Origin: Octopus sinensis
Lineage: Eukaryota
NCBI RefSeq assembly: GCF_006345805.1
Contig: NC_043000.1
Span: forward strand, 100,068,001 to 100,132,000
DNA length: 64,000 bases
Direction: 5' to 3'
Shown here: one piece after another, positions 39,058 through 53,527 of the stretch
How positions within the stretch are numbered: the first letter of the stretch is position 1
Layout: every line of letters begins with the position of its first letter
Position numbers and translations under genes: made by a program
Notes under the pieces: model-generated
Seen by the model: the letters and a program-made list of their open reading frames with translations, nothing else
Told to the model about the DNA's origin: nothing
Database searches by the model: none

Positions 39058-39578
39058 TTGGCAATCGATCGAGATGTCTCGTGGAAGACCAGTGGCACTG
39101 CAGTTTATTGTACCCGAGTTGAAATCCTCAATCGCGAAACAATGTTAGAAGAACCGTGGAACATTACTAAGTTTGCAGAATCATTAAACAACATTCTACT
39201 ATGGTTGGCACGGCGCCGTTTAATTATGAACAGGTACACCTGTGAATATTGCAAGTCATCATGTGGCCCTATCATAAGTGGTAACATTATTGACGGAAAA
39301 GTTTGGTACTGCAAGCTTTGTAAAACGCAAAAATCAATCCGTCACAGGTTATACTTTGACAAAAGCCATGTGCTCCTGTATAACATTCTGTTAATCATTT
39401 ATTGTTGGTCACGCGATATGTTGCCAAATGATATGATGCATGAATCTTCTGTACAAAGTAGAACTACGATCGTTGATTAGAGTAATTTCAGTCGAGCAAT
39501 ATTTGATGCTTGGCTCGAACAAAATTCAATGCAAATTGGCGGCATTGATGCTAATGGGCAACCAGTTGTTGTGGAGAT
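39058..39578 (+). pseudogene. Merlin (IS1595/IS1016-like) transposase, N-terminal half
   Basis: WLARRRLIMNRYTCEYC..DGKVWYCKLCKTQKSIR..F..S..ILLIIYCWS..TTIVD*(W>stop)NF..IGGIDANGQPVVVE; breaks just before the first catalytic Asp (VEIDE). Confidence 0.85.
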
Positions 39579-39580
39579 GG

Positions 39581-39802
39581 TTCAAAAGACTTCAGTTTCC
39601 AGTGTGAGTGAGCTATGAACTGTCAATCAATAGGTCCCAAGTACAGTTACTGAAAGTAACTGGGCTTCATCTGATGGAACCCTGCTTTTCTCATAGCCAG
39701 CTCTATGTTGGTTGTTCAAATGTTGGGAATGGAAACAAGCTATTTGTACTGACTCCGAATGGGAAGACCAAAAAGGTTGTTCATCGTGCAGATTTGCAAT
39801 AA
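39581..39802 (+). pseudogene. Helitron RepHel (Pif1-type helicase) C-terminus
   Basis: FKRLQFPV*VSYELSINRSQ..LKVTGLHLMEPCFSHSQLYVGCSNVG..KLFVLTPNGKTKKVVH..L*, matching the Helitron helicase motifs V/VI. Confidence 0.9.
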
Positions 39803-39947
39803 GTTCCAAATAGACAAATTATATCATTGTTTTGATGAAAACGTTCAAGTTTAATAAAATTTAATATGTACTCAATGCATGTAAAGCAGTGTTGGGCCCA
39901 AGGCCCAATGAAGAGCCCTCCGCAGGAGCTAGCCTATAAGCCGCCTT

Positions 39948-39985
<38 letters not shown>

Positions 39986-39990
39986 GCCAA

Positions 39991-40270
39991 TATATATATT
40001 GAGAGCGTCAGCCTTGTAGAGTCCGCGCACCACACCACCGCGGCGGCTCCACCCTTGTCTGCCGGCTTTACGATAATGTCTGCCGCGTCGAAGACATCGA
40101 AGAGCCGAGAGTTCGACTGAGATGTTCAGATGTCGGGGACGCCTGGGAAAGTTAAACCAGTCCACAACACGTTGACAGATGTCGGCAAAATGATCGACTC
40201 CTTGGAACTGGCCAGGAGCTGGCGTTCAGTGGGAAGGTCGGCGGCCCAGGTCGGTGAAGCAGTCCTTTTC
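39991..40270 (-). mobile_element. Penelope-like RT fragment (GC-rich)
   Basis: Minus strand encodes ..ELSALRCL../DIIVKPADKGGA..VVW..DLYKADAL, the PLE IKPADKGGAVV motif. Confidence 0.85.
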
Positions 40271-40282
40271 GTTAGATGCATG

Positions 40283-40330
<48 letters not shown>

Positions 40331-40360
40331 CATGCATACATACATACATACATACATACT

Positions 40361-40395
<35 letters not shown>

Positions 40396-41639
40396 GTGTG
40401 TGTGTGTGGGGGGGCGTGTGTATGTATGTATACAGTGTATACAGCTGTGCTAATCTTCATATCCGAGGACCCATTTGTTTACATTTTCGCGTGAAGAGTT
40501 CAGACACGGAATCCTATTGTTAGTCGCGTGTCTGTTAGGCTTAACACAATAATCACGCCCAAGGGCATACGAGAAAGAGCTCAGTACTTGACACCATTTG
40601 TATTCTCTACAGATGTAGAAATATACCCGGTACCGGGTGCTGAAAGACGCAAATCACTATTGAGTGGAATATATTTAGTTTATCGAAATTTCTTCTGATT
40701 TCAATTTGGGACAAGATGTGTAACTTACGATGTTATCGCATTTTGTGCACCTTCTGTCGTCTATACTAGCCCTGTATGTGTTCGAAGCTTACTATCTTCC
40801 GACACTTGGATCCCTGAATCATAATTACCAATAATTATGTATGTATATATATATCTATCTATCTATCTCTCTCTCTATATATATATATACATGCACATGC
40901 ACGCACGTAAACACACACACATACACACACACTCATATATACATACACACTTCACTCAGCATGGAGCATCGGGCATGCATATACACACACACTGTTTCTA
41001 TCTCTCTCTCTCTTCCTTCCTCCACACGATATAGAGCGAGCTTTCACACAGTTTTTGTCAACCATATTCAACTTAAAAAGCATTGGTCCAGTGAAATCTC
41101 CAATAATGAAAGGAAAAAATAAAACACTTGCTTGAGTTCCTCACAGTAAAATCGAACCCAAATGGCCTTTTCTCCAAATCTGTGCTTCAAAATTAGAAGC
41201 CAAAAATATTCAAAAATAAATTTGTGATTTACAAAAGAAACCTAAAGATGAAAAATAAAAACAGCTTTGTTATCGTAGAAAACATTTTATAGAAGGCTAG
41301 CTAGCAGTATGGTTAAACATAAAGCACTGAAAGAAGAGAAAATGCTCATTTACAGCGGAAATATCATAACATGTAAGAATACAGCAGTGAGGCGTTACGA
41401 AACAAAAGCAGTTTAGCTCTGGCAGACAATATATTATTTAAAGCAAGATATCAATACATTGAGGTTGGACATAAAAGGATAGTAACAGAATGAGATAAAA
41501 CGTTAGTAACTATAAATAGTTACAAACAATCTTTGCAAGACTTCAGAGCACACATACTTTCTTTGATGTTACTGGTGCTGTACGAACTGATTTTCTCTCT
41601 AGACAAATAGCTTTAATTTTTAAACAGAAGACCAGTTGT

Positions 41640-42064
41640 AATAATCCTTTCTACTGAAGGCACAAGGCCTGAAATTTGTGGAGAGGAGATGAATCGATTA
41701 CATCAACTCCAGTGTTTCACTGGTACTTAATTTATCGACCCCGAAAGGATGAAAGACAAAGTCGACCTCTGCGGAATTTGAACTCAAGACTTAGCGGCAG
41801 ACGAAATACTGCTAAGCAATTCGCCCGGCGTGCTAACGATTCTTATTTCTTTATTGCCCACAAGGGGCTAAACATAGAGGGGACAAACAAGGACAGGCAA
41901 AGGTATACAGTCGATTACGTCGACCCCAGTGCTTAATCTATCGACCCCGAAAGGATGAAAGGCAAAGTCAACCTCGGCGGAATTTGAACTCAGGACGTAA
42001 CTCAGACAAAATACTGCTAAGCATTTCGCCCGGCGTGCTAACGATTCTGCCAGCTCGCCACCTT
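41640..42064 (-). mobile_element. Tandem SINE family B copies
   Basis: Two near-consensus heads (aaaggatgaaag.caaagtc.acctc.gcggaatttgaactca) with tail pieces between them. Confidence 0.85.
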
Positions 42065-42169
42065 AAATCCATTTGTAATAAAGGTTTCTAACTTGAAAAT
42101 TATGATGCATATTTAGTGGGGAAAAGAGAAGAGTTGATAATATCCATCCGAATGCCTATAACTAATACT

Positions 42170-42715
42170 TATACTATAGACTCCTGGTAAATCAAAGCGA
42201 AGCTGACTTTGGTGGGATTTGATCTCAGAGGAAGGGAAATGAATTGTTCCAATAGGGCAAAGTTACCTGGGATCAAAGAATCCCGCAGAGTTTTGATTAC
42301 CCTATGTGCCAAAAGCAAGTGTTCTACACTTCCTTCACCTGGCTTAAAGGCGCAGGTTGCGATTGTGACTTTACTCTCAGATATACAAACGCACCACATC
42401 GGAGGAACTTACTCTACGTTCTTTACTTTAAAAAAGCTGATAAGCACTTACTAAAAGTGTGTCTTCAGTTCTTTTCAGTTTTGCTTTTTGTACATTATAG
42501 TTCACCATGGTCGAAAAAGAGATAAATGCTTCCCACTTCTGGACTAAAGAAGATGGCAGAACGATGTTCACGATGGACTCAAGACAATAATTTTTCAAAA
42601 ATTTTCGCGCACCCTTGGAAGGCTCGGTTGAAATCACTTCCATTCCTGTAGTATTTATTCTTAGCTGACAATGACCCTCTTCTAGCGCTATCAGACCAGG
42701 GATTTCTAGACGTTG
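42170..42715 (-). mobile_element. Highly decayed Tc1/mariner-like transposase remnant
   Basis: Faint motifs FFSPE/EAF..VN, MWCVCISES and PLRSNP resemble WFSDEAHF..VN, MVWCGIS and PPRSPD. Confidence 0.35.
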
Positions 42716-42744
42716 TTTTTAGTCTGTAGGTGTAGAAAATTTAA

Positions 42745-43082
42745 GTACTCTTTTACTCTTTTATTTGTTTCAGGACTTATTCTTTGTAAGTCTAGTACTT
42801 ATTCTATCGGTCTCTTTTGCCGAATCGCTATGTTACGGGGACGTAAACACACCAGCATCGGTTGTCAAGCGATTTTGGGGGGTGGAGACAAACACAGACA
42901 CACAAACATATACACACACATACATATATATATATACATATATACGACGGGCTTCTTTCAGTTTCCATCTACCAAACCCACTCCATTCACAAGGCTTTGG
43001 TTGGCCCGAGGCTATAGTAAAAAACACTTGCCCAAGGCACCACGTGGTTGGTCAGCAAACTACTTACCACACAGCCACTCCT
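42745..43082 (-). mobile_element. SINE family A, near full length
   Basis: Matches 522-925, with an internal deletion in the head. Confidence 0.85.
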
Positions 43083-43159
43083 GCGCCTCTTGAAGTTTAA
43101 GAAATGAATGGGTAAAAAGTCAATGGATCGAACTGGATAAATTTACATTTGATTCAAAT

Positions 43160-43660
43160 ATTGGTTTCAAATTTTGGCACAAGGTCAGCAAGTTGAGGAG
43201 AGAAGCTAAGTTTATTATAACGAACACAATGCTGAACCGGTAATTACTTTATCGACGCCGAAAAGATGAGAGACAACGTCGACGGAATTTGACTTCAGAA
43301 TGTAAAGGTGGACAAATGTTTTGTCCGGTGTGCTAACAATTCTGCCAGCACGCCGTCTTACTTTTCATTCTGGTACTAGGCGACGAGCAGGCAGAATCGG
43401 TACTGTACCGGACAATAAGCTCTACAGCATTTCGTCTGCCTCTGCGTTCTGAGTTCAAATTCCGCGGAGATCGACTTTGTCTTTCACCCCTTTCGGCGTC
43501 AATAAAATGAGTACTGGGTTGATGTAATCAACTTGCTTTCTCCCCCGAAATTTCAGGCTTTGTACCTATAATAAAAAGTACCACTTGAGCACTGAAGTCG
43601 ATATAATCGACTTATTTCTTCCTCCGGAATTGCTAGCCTTGTGTCAGAACTTGAAACCAA
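43160..43660. mobile_element. Head-to-head pair of SINE family B copies (minus 43160-43340, plus 43375-43660)
   Basis: The plus copy reads aggcgacgagcaggcagaatcg..gagttcaaattccgcggagatcgactttgtctttcacccc; the preceding copy is its reverse complement. Confidence 0.8.
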
Positions 43661-44330
43661 TATTACAAAGGATTTAAATATGTTATCGGTACAAGTGTGC
43701 TGTCGCAATATCTTAACTTAATTATGGAGATATACTGTTTAGATATGTTTATTTACTCTCCTAACTTCACTGTTAGCGGCGTTAATAAATCAGTATTTGA
43801 ACTTTTCATGCAGTTCTAATTGCAATTCCTCTGTATCATACTTTGGAATGTATGATTGCGATGCAATTCCTCTCTATCATACTTTGGAATTTACCAAATC
43901 ATATTTAGTGTGTGATGGATACAAATCACAAATCCACCTTTAAATTCATAAATAGGAAGAATACAACAGCTTGTAAATAAAATAAAAAATTTCATCATAG
44001 GAATAAATTTCATTTCTGTAGTTTACAAGAATGTACGCGAATTAGATTAATGCATCACCTACACAAACCGTTCTCCCGCCATACCTAAACCAACTGACAA
44101 CTCGGATGAAGAGAAACAGAAGCCTGCTTCATATCTGTGGTATTATCTAACTGTATTGGATCTCTTATTACTAAAGACTCTTATCTAAGCATTCCCTCTG
44201 GCATTAAACCCTGAATAACGAGATGTAAAGTGACCTTAGCTAATATATCAATAAATTTACTTCGACTTAGATATTATATTCTCTATCCTTGTTTAGTAAT
44301 AAGAAACATTCACAAAACATGACACTGTGG

Positions 44331-44411
<81 letters not shown>

Positions 44412-44420
44412 GCTATCTAT

Positions 44421-44451
<31 letters not shown>

Positions 44452-44452
44452 C
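44331..44452. repeat. (CTAT)n microsatellite
   Basis: Seen directly. Confidence 0.95.
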
Positions 44453-44601
44453 ACAAACACGCACACACGCATGCACGCACGCACTTACACACACACATAC
44501 ACACACACACACATACACATTAGCAGCACCTATAATTACATACTCCATGCAAGGAATTATTGAAATAACAATGTTGTAAACTCACATTTTATGTCAAAGG
44601 C

Positions 44602-44648
<47 letters not shown>

Positions 44649-45166
44649 TATATTACAAGACATTTCAAAACCGTTCTTAGAATTTCACAATCTCAGCCTA
44701 TTATTCTATATAACATTTGTTGCTGCCCAAATTTAAACTAAAGTGTAATGTTTCTTAATTAAAGACCGGAATCTATTTTATTGGAGAAATTGCAGAAAGA
44801 ACAGCAAATGAGACACTTATTGCATAATATGCAAATCACAAGAAATGATAATGGTAGTCTTCAAAGATATAATGCATTAAGATTGCAAACATGTAAAAGG
44901 ATGAAATTTGGATAACGCAAGCCAACCATTTCTTTTCAACCATGCTTTCTAACTATTATATTTATCTATCACATCAGCAAACGAAGCATATAGCAAAACG
45001 AATATTATGACTTCAATCAAGGAGAGAGATATTGATGCATATATTCAAAAGATGTTTACAGTCGAACATATATTTCCATTTATATACGCATTTATACCTA
45101 CATAGATGCTGAGAAGCCTATATAGAGGCATTCATGCAAGCATCAACATATATATATATATAATAT

Positions 45167-45219
<53 letters not shown>

Positions 45220-45413
45220 ATGTGAGCGTTGCATATATATATGTATACATATATATATATATATATACAAACATAGAGAGAGATAGAGAATAGATAGCTA
45301 CACTGATACAAACAAACACACAGCACTCATATCGATAAATATTCGTTCCAATGTGAGTTCATATACACTATTTTATGAGTTCACACAACGCCATATTACA
45401 TATATATATATTA

Positions 45414-45445
<32 letters not shown>

Positions 45446-45854
45446 ATATATATATATATATATATACTTATATACTTACATACATATAAATATATGTGTG
45501 TGTGTGTGTGCGTGTGTGCATGCGTGCGTGTGTGTGTGTGTGTATGTATGTATGCATGTATGTATGTATGTATGTATGTATGTATGTATAAATGCTTGCA
45601 TACATATACTTGAACTGATACATGCAAAAGAAGACCTATATTCATAATATACAAATATATGGGTGCATCACTTTCTGCATCTCTCTTTATACAGACATAC
45701 ATGCACACACACACACGCACATATACATATTCAGATACAAGTGTATATATGCGCATAAATAGTTGAATAAATATATTTATTGGCTGGGAGATATACATCG
45801 AAAGTAATTTAGTTAAGCAAATAAACACACGGGTACACACAAACGTGGTTATAT

Positions 45855-45899
<45 letters not shown>

Positions 45900-46177
45900 C
45901 ATGAGTGTGGAATATAAGTGACTGAACAAGAATATCTTAACAGAAATATGTGCATGCGTGCATGTATGTGTGAATACATGACGTATATGTATGAGGGTAT
46001 GTAAACAAATCCGCATACTGATATATATATATATATAAACATTGTATGTATATTCCTATATTTCATATATTTGCTTTCAATATCATATCCGACATCTCTC
46101 TCAAATGTTTCCTAGAAATCCATTTATTCCATGATGCTTTGATTACAGAAGCAGTTTAGATAACCACAGAACCACCC

Positions 46178-46259
<82 letters not shown>

Positions 46260-47559
46260 ATGTATGTACACGTTCACAACTGGGCTTTTAGTTTTCTTTC
46301 TTATTCATTATTTTGTCGTTTTACGTATCAAGCCATCTTCAATAAGCTTTTTTTTCTACACTATTACATTTTTCATAGTATTCTCTTATTTACAAAAAAA
46401 AATAAATAAATAAATAAAAAATAACACACGCCCAAGTAAATAACAAGAAGACAACAACAGCAATAACAGCCACAACAACAAGAGGAAGAAAAAGAAGAGT
46501 AATAATAATCGTAATAAAATTTCTTTTATTGCCCAATAAAAGAAGGTTAATGGCGGAGCTGTTGAATTTGATTAAATTTCTCTTTACACATACACACACA
46601 CAAACACACACACATACACACACACATTTGTTCAAGAAGGGAACTTTGATATAAGCTATATATGATGGTAGAATTTATGTATTTTTGCAGATCTATCACC
46701 CTAAAACATTTCTATTCGACTTCCCTATCACTTATAAGGAGGAGAAATGAAATAATATTACTACCACGCTCTTAGCCTTCCCTTATATACGTTTGATATC
46801 TGAGCTGTAGGAAAAGTGCCACCCCAAACCCCACTCCCAACCGCACTTATTACATGAAAGTAAACCCCAGTTATTATATGAAGTTAAATGACACCCTTTG
46901 CGTACTCATTCGACTTGCTGGAAACAGCAATCCAATGTCCTTGGAAACCCACATTGCCATCCTCATGACTGTGTGGTCACACGACTTACTAGATTAGCAA
47001 CCAAATCTCCCACAATTCCACACTATCACCTTGAAAACTGCGCAGTGGTCTTTTTTGTCGGAAAAAAGAAGCCAAATCTCTTTCATATCCCACTCTACCA
47101 TCTCTACAAAAGGACAACATAGGTCATCCTGTACAATGTAGTTGATGATATGCAATATCTAAAAATAGATATCGAATGGAACCGACTGGAATGCCGTTTA
47201 TCATAGTTCTGTTCATTAGAGATGACCTGGTGTAAAAAGAATAACCATTAAATTTGATACAATTGTTTCAATAGAGTTAATTTTTTAAAAATTCATTGTC
47301 GTTTTGTTTACATAAACTTTGCCAGAAGTGTTAGACCGTCAAAGAAAGGCCTTACAATTTTCCCTCTTTTAGTGTTCTAATTTTAAATCCTGCCGTAGCC
47401 AACGACAAACTTTCATCCATCCAAGGGCTAAATAGCATACTTGTCGAATTCGGGGATACATTTTTCTTCTCTTCCTTTCATTCTTCCCGAATCTCCACGA
47501 AAATTGTAACAGCAACGATAGTTACAAATAAAACGTGGGACATATACAATAATGTGGAT

Positions 47560-47830
47560 ATGTATCTTTATTAGCCACACAGGGATGCACACAGACCGGA
47601 CAGATTACAAAGTAGAGCTTTTCTTCTTGGGGAGAAAAAAATGTGGGGTAGGTTTTCGATCAAAAGGGATCATAAAAGGGGAAAAGAAAAAACGATCAAT
47701 AGGGATCGTGTATCACAGAAATGTCATGATGTAAAGTGTAAAGAGAGAAGCAGATAAAGGTTTATCCGTGGAAAGAAAAGCGTACGGAAAAGACCACGAT
47801 AACCTCGGTCAATAATGTCACATGTTAACA
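47560..47830 (-). mobile_element. 3' UTR fragment of the L1/Tx1-clade LINE
   Basis: Reverse complement matches 32865-33155 (gaccgaggtta.cgtggtcttttccgta..gatccctattgatcg..ctgtgtggctaataaaga); no CTAT array. Confidence 0.85.
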
Positions 47831-48189
47831 CATTTGTTTTGTTATGTAGTCGAACGAAATATTTAGTCGATTAATCAAGAAGTTTTCAACTTACTGCTGT
47901 GCTGCCACGAACAAAGCATGAAATAGTGGTATGATCCCAACCAGTCAGGCGTTCAGTGCATCTTTCATTCTTCATTCTTGTTTGACTAATTCAATTAACA
48001 GTTCCTTTTATTTCTTGCAAATCCCAGTTTTTACTTATTTATTATTTTTTTTTACTGAGTAAGGTTACCAGATTAAGATCCTTTTCATGATTGTTCACGT
48101 TTATTCAACCCCCCCCCCAATCTGGATTACTTTGATACTTTAAACATTTGATTTTAAAGGTAAAAATTCTCTTGAGTATCATATTAAAT

Positions 48190-48408
48190 AATCTTTTCTA
48201 CTATAAGTATAAGACCGAAAACTTTGCTAGAGGTCTTTAGTCTATTTCATTAACCTCTGTACTTAACAGGTACTTTATTTTATCGACCATAAAAGGATGG
48301 CAGGTGCAGTGGACTTCGGTGGAATTTTAATTTAGGATGTAAAGTCGGAAGAAATACCGCTAATCATGTTGTCCGGCACAGTAACGATTCTGCTTGCTTG
48401 CCTCCTTT
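48190..48408 (-). mobile_element. SINE family B copy
   Basis: ggtactt..tttatcgacc..aaaggatg..gacttcggtggaattt..gaaataccgctaa..aacgattctgc. Confidence 0.75.
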
Positions 48409-49274
48409 AACATACCAAATAATGAACTAAATAAATAAATTCGTACCGATATGGAGGTAGTCCTTAAGTATAACTTATTATATATGAATGTATGTTGTAA
48501 ATTGTGAGATATACACTTACTAGTTGTATTTCAATTATTGTAATTAAACTACGAATTAAAACAGCCCTAGTGATGTAAATATTATCAGTTGCACATATAT
48601 AGTTTGTTTGCTTTGTTTATAAGCTAAATTTGCCTCGGGAAAGCTTACTATAAGACACTAAGTGTTAAAGAACATTTGGTCTGTGATATCCAGGTGTTTT
48701 CTAACACTTGGCATCGTATAAGAAGTATTCTCTAGACGCTATCCCGCAGCAAAATTGGCGTATAAACAAAACACATACACTATGTATGTGCGACCGTTAA
48801 TGTTATTTTTATTATTTTCAGTTAACTAACTCTCTAATTAACTAATTATTTGTTTTGAGAAATCGTTTGATCAGTCAATCAGGTCGTTTGTAAGAGTTTT
48901 TCCCTCAAATCTTGCGACCTTATTAATACTTTGATCCGTGCTAATGTGCACCTTCTAATAATAATCACCTGATTATTATATCTTTGCTCCAGTATTTATA
49001 GTTTATAACGTTTGAATTGTGTGTGTGAATGTTTTTATAATGTTGTTGCACGTACTTTTATGCTTTAGTAATCAGCGTTTATGTGGTTCGTGATTAGGTT
49101 AGTGCTCGTGCGTGCGAGCTTTATTACTTATGTCTACTTTTGGTAAGTCACTATAATTTGATGTGCTGGTCTTGGATGGGGTTCTGACTGTTTGACAGCT
49201 TACTTCCTGTTCTTCTCAAATATTTATCTTATCAACAAATATAAATTCATCGACACATCCACCCACGGGATTTA

Positions 49275-49490
49275 ATATTGGTTTCAAATTTCGGCACAAG
49301 TTCAGCAAATTTGGGGTGGGTTAACTAAATTACATCGACCCCAGTACTCAACTGGTACTTCTTTTATCGAACCTGAGAGGAATAAAAGTTGACCTCGGCA
49401 GCAATTTGAACTCAGAACGTAAAGACGGGCGAAATATCTCTAAGATTTATGCCCGGCATTCTAACGATCTTGCCAGCTTGCCATTGGCAG
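49275..49490 (-). mobile_element. SINE family B copy
   Basis: tacatcgaccccagtactcaactggtact..gacctcggcagcaatttgaactcagaacgtaaagacgggcgaaat. Confidence 0.8.
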
Positions 49491-49714
49491 GGCTTAATAT
49501 TAAAAAAAAAAAAAAGAGTAAAAGTAGCGATAGATAGACATGAGAGCTGAAATCAGAGTTTAATTTTGTCCTCGCTACCCAATTCAGGCTAAGCGTACAG
49601 ACTAAGAGGCGAAAGACTTGTAACTTAGACACTTGCTGTTGATACGGAAGGGTTGCAACATCGTGATGAATTCAGAAGAGCTTGTAATACTTCTGAGTAG
49701 CTACTGAGTTACTA

Positions 49715-50008
49715 TATGACACAAAACATCCCTAATGTTTATTTCGTCTTATTTATATAAAAAAAACACCCCTAATGTTTATTTCGCCTTATTTATATCA
49801 AAAAGGTGCTTTTTTCCTATGAAAATCCCTATTTTTTTACGATTTTTTGACTGCTGTGTCGCCATTTTTCGGTGTATTTCAACCAGAAAAATGTTCACTT
49901 AAAGAGAATAACAAGCTACATAATGCAAAATTTTTACTTTTCAAAAATTCCAATTCTAAAGGGTCGAAAAGAAAACAAACCCGAGCAACGCCGGGCGACA
50001 CTGCTAGT
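49715..50008 (-). mobile_element. Helitron/Helentron-like non-autonomous element
   Basis: Minus 5' end tactagcagtgtcgCCCGGcgttgctCGGG hairpin; internal ~42-bp tandem duplication at 49725-49800. Confidence 0.6.
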
Positions 50009-50801
50009 ATATATGTTAATATATCATTCATAAACATAAAATATTTATGTCTAGGATCAACTGGTACTATGTATAGCTTCTTTTACTTGTCTTAATGTTG
50101 ATTCCTGAAGTTAGATTGAGATTTTATCCTCATGTTGTTATAAGGCACGAAATAAAATTGCTCTTACCCCGAGTTGCAATCAGCGACAATCCCTCCAAGC
50201 GTTGGATCACGGGAAGACCAGCCAGAACTCACAGTTGTAACCACGTGTAAGCTCTCCCAACCAATCGCCAGCAAGGACTACTAAACTATGATCGCTTCCA
50301 GTACACGACTTGACCTCACCACAGACCCTATAAGAAGGCCGTCTTCAACCTCTTGCTTTCTTACGTGATGCCGTGTCGTCCCACTTTCAGCCCCTTCGTG
50401 ATGTCCCTCCCATTCCTTTCTGGTCACTCATTCTTCCTCCACACCTCACTATTGTTTACCGAACACTCGTATAACTTTCAGGCAGGAAAAAAAGGGAGAC
50501 TTATCCCTGAGAAGTAGCCATGAAACAAGATCAGGGTAATCTTCATTTTCTCTGTGCGAGAACAACTATTTTTTATTTTATCTTACTTTCATAATTGTTA
50601 TAAATGTATATATTTTTGCACAGTTTTTATATATGGATGCATTACTTGTATTTACATAGTCATAGCGCGCACACACATACATACGCTCACATATATATTA
50701 TTGCTGTCAAAAGAAGTTTAGAAACTTTGAGAGAACGTGGAATAATTCGTTTTTGACGATTAAATCCGAATCTGAAAAGCTATAAATAATATATACGCGT
50801 A

Positions 50802-50851
<50 letters not shown>

Positions 50852-51439
50852 GTGTGTGTGTGGTGTGTGTGTGTGTGTGTGTGTGTGTAAGTTTGTATAT
50901 GTGCATCTGGGATACATAGTTCACACAAGAAAGATATGCAGGTCTCCTTAGTTTATCTAAATATGTATCAGAGTCTAGAAAACATTGTCAAATATATCAC
51001 ATGCTTCGTTAGAATGCACTCTTATGCTTAACCGAAGCTGTATCATGATTATTTTCCCATGATACACTAGATGGAAATTATTATTTCTGCGATAGCCATC
51101 TCGTTACATCTCTATTTCCGATTTAGGTCTGGCCATTTCTAATCCAAAAGATGACTATCATCAGATCTATACGATGCCCTACGGCACCCAAATTATTGAT
51201 ATTTTGTGCTCTGGCCATAAGATGGCATTTCAAGATATATATGACCGAGACACTTAACTATTTGTCCCCAATCTTTCCTTTGGACTGAAATTATGTACTA
51301 CAAAGTTTAAAAGGAATAGCACACCGTTGAAAGCAGTGGAATGTCTAATAAAGGGAGAAGGTCATTAGTTTGTTATCGTCTTTATCAGTTTAGTTTCTGT
51401 TTGGATAAAGCAACGGGAAACCGACACAAAAGCATTGCC

Positions 51440-51920
51440 ATTTTGAATCATTTTACAATGAAGACGTTCCACATCACATGGACGTCTCCTCTCTCTCTGT
51501 CCTTTCGTCCGTTACTACGGCAGTAGTTTCTACTTCTTTGTTGCTCTGATGTCCCTGACCCTTACATTCAGAGTCATGCTCAGCCTTTTCATCTCCCTTT
51601 CATCAAACTGTATTGTCTCTACTTCACTCCCCGTCGCCTAGTTTCATGCAAATGCCTTGTCCTTCTCTTCAGAATGTTATTCCATTCGAATCCTCTCTCT
51701 GTCTATGCTTTTCCTTCAATCCACAATTTGAAACACTTCAAGAACAACGAAAACCATGTTGTTTGTACCATCATCCAAGATTCTGCAAACATTATGAGCA
51801 CATAGTCTTCCTTCAGGCCAGACCATCATTAGTATTGCAATAATATTACAGAAAGAATCATTCCAATCCCATTCCATTCGTATCTTCATTCCTAACAAAC
51901 TTGATGATCCCACAAAGTCA
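51440..51920 (-). mobile_element. Decayed RTE-clade LINE ORF C-terminal region
   Basis: Minus-strand EMKRLSMTLNVRVRDIR resembles RTE EMRMLRWMCGVTRLDRIR; many stops. Confidence 0.45.
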
Positions 51921-52139
51921 ATGGGTTTGTCAAAAATGATTTGATAACAGCATTCAGTGCAGGGCGTTCAACTTCGGAAGTGATCGGAATTAGCCAGTTT
52001 ACAAATCTTGTTTTGTGCATCAGTAAATCCGTTTGAAAAATCAATGTTCGCAAGACGGAAAGAAATTGCTAAACTGAAAGAAAAAATATTAAAAAAATTC
52101 CAGACGATCAACTACCAAATTGGACAAAAAAATGAAAAA

Positions 52140-52190
<51 letters not shown>

Positions 52191-52721
52191 GATGGATAAT
52201 GAAAGAGAAAAAGAAATACATTTCTTTCTGTGAAGGTCGAAATAATCTGGAATCTAATTTTATCACTGATTGCTTTAAATTACATGGAAAATTTACTTTC
52301 AGGAAAAAAAAATGCAAAACAAATGTTTTTTCAATTAATCAATTGTGGATTGACGTGCTAACACTCTACACACGTATAAGTATGTATGTCTATGTATATA
52401 GATATATGTATGTATATATGTATATATAAATGTCGAACACATACACAGACATGTATGTATGTATGAATGTTTGTGTATCTGTATGTGTGTGTATAATTTA
52501 CTTCAGAGAAAGATCTCTCGTCACACGTACATATAATATATATAGATAGATATATATATGCATACACATATATAAACATGCATATACATAAATGTGTAAG
52601 TATATACATATGTGTATCTGTGTGTGTGTCTATATGATTGTGCATATTCATATAAGTATATATGTGTGTGTGTGTGTGTGTTGCGTACACACATATAAGC
52701 ATGTATATTTATGTATATCGA

Positions 52722-52763
<42 letters not shown>

Positions 52764-53057
52764 AAACACATACACACACATATATGTTGCACATCATACA
52801 TATATGTATGCACGTATGAAAGTGTGTGTGTGTTTGTGTGTGTATAATTCACTTCAGAGAAAGTAGATAATTTGTAATTCCTGATTATGTAAAAAAAAAA
52901 AAATAACTGCAATTACAATTACATCAATAAAACGAATTACAAAAAATATCAAAATTCTATATACATAATATATATATATATATATATACACATACATGCA
53001 TGCATACATATACATATACATACATATATATATACACACACATACATACATATACAT

Positions 53058-53106
<49 letters not shown>

Positions 53107-53527
53107 CCAAAATAAAACTACACAATTTCTTATTGCTATAATGGTGATTTATTTTTTGTAATGGTAACGAAAACATTACTTTTGTAACAGAATGAATAAA
53201 AACGTGTAAAGCATGTAAACTGTTAGTGTTCGTTAACTAATGGTGGTTAAAATGACTGCGTAGTAGTATTATGAAGACAGGTTATTGTTCGGTTAGATCC
53301 AAGCGACACGGTAATTTATATGGGTGAATTATTGTCTGGTGAGTCAAATATTGTATTTGGTTAGTGTTTTGTAAGTTTTTTTCATATATTTTATATTTCT
53401 TGTTTATTCTTAAAAGTTATTGTATTCATTTGATTGTTTTCTCTCACCTTTCTGGGTTTTTTTTTTTTAATGTTTTGGTTTCGTTTTGGTATTCTCGAAA
53501 TGGTGTCGACAATTTTGAATGCAGAAG

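Noticed and set aside
43821-43890. 29-bp direct duplication (also short duplications near 6755 and 21455)
   Set aside because: Ordinary local slippage duplications. They have no regular unique spacers, so they are not CRISPR-like.
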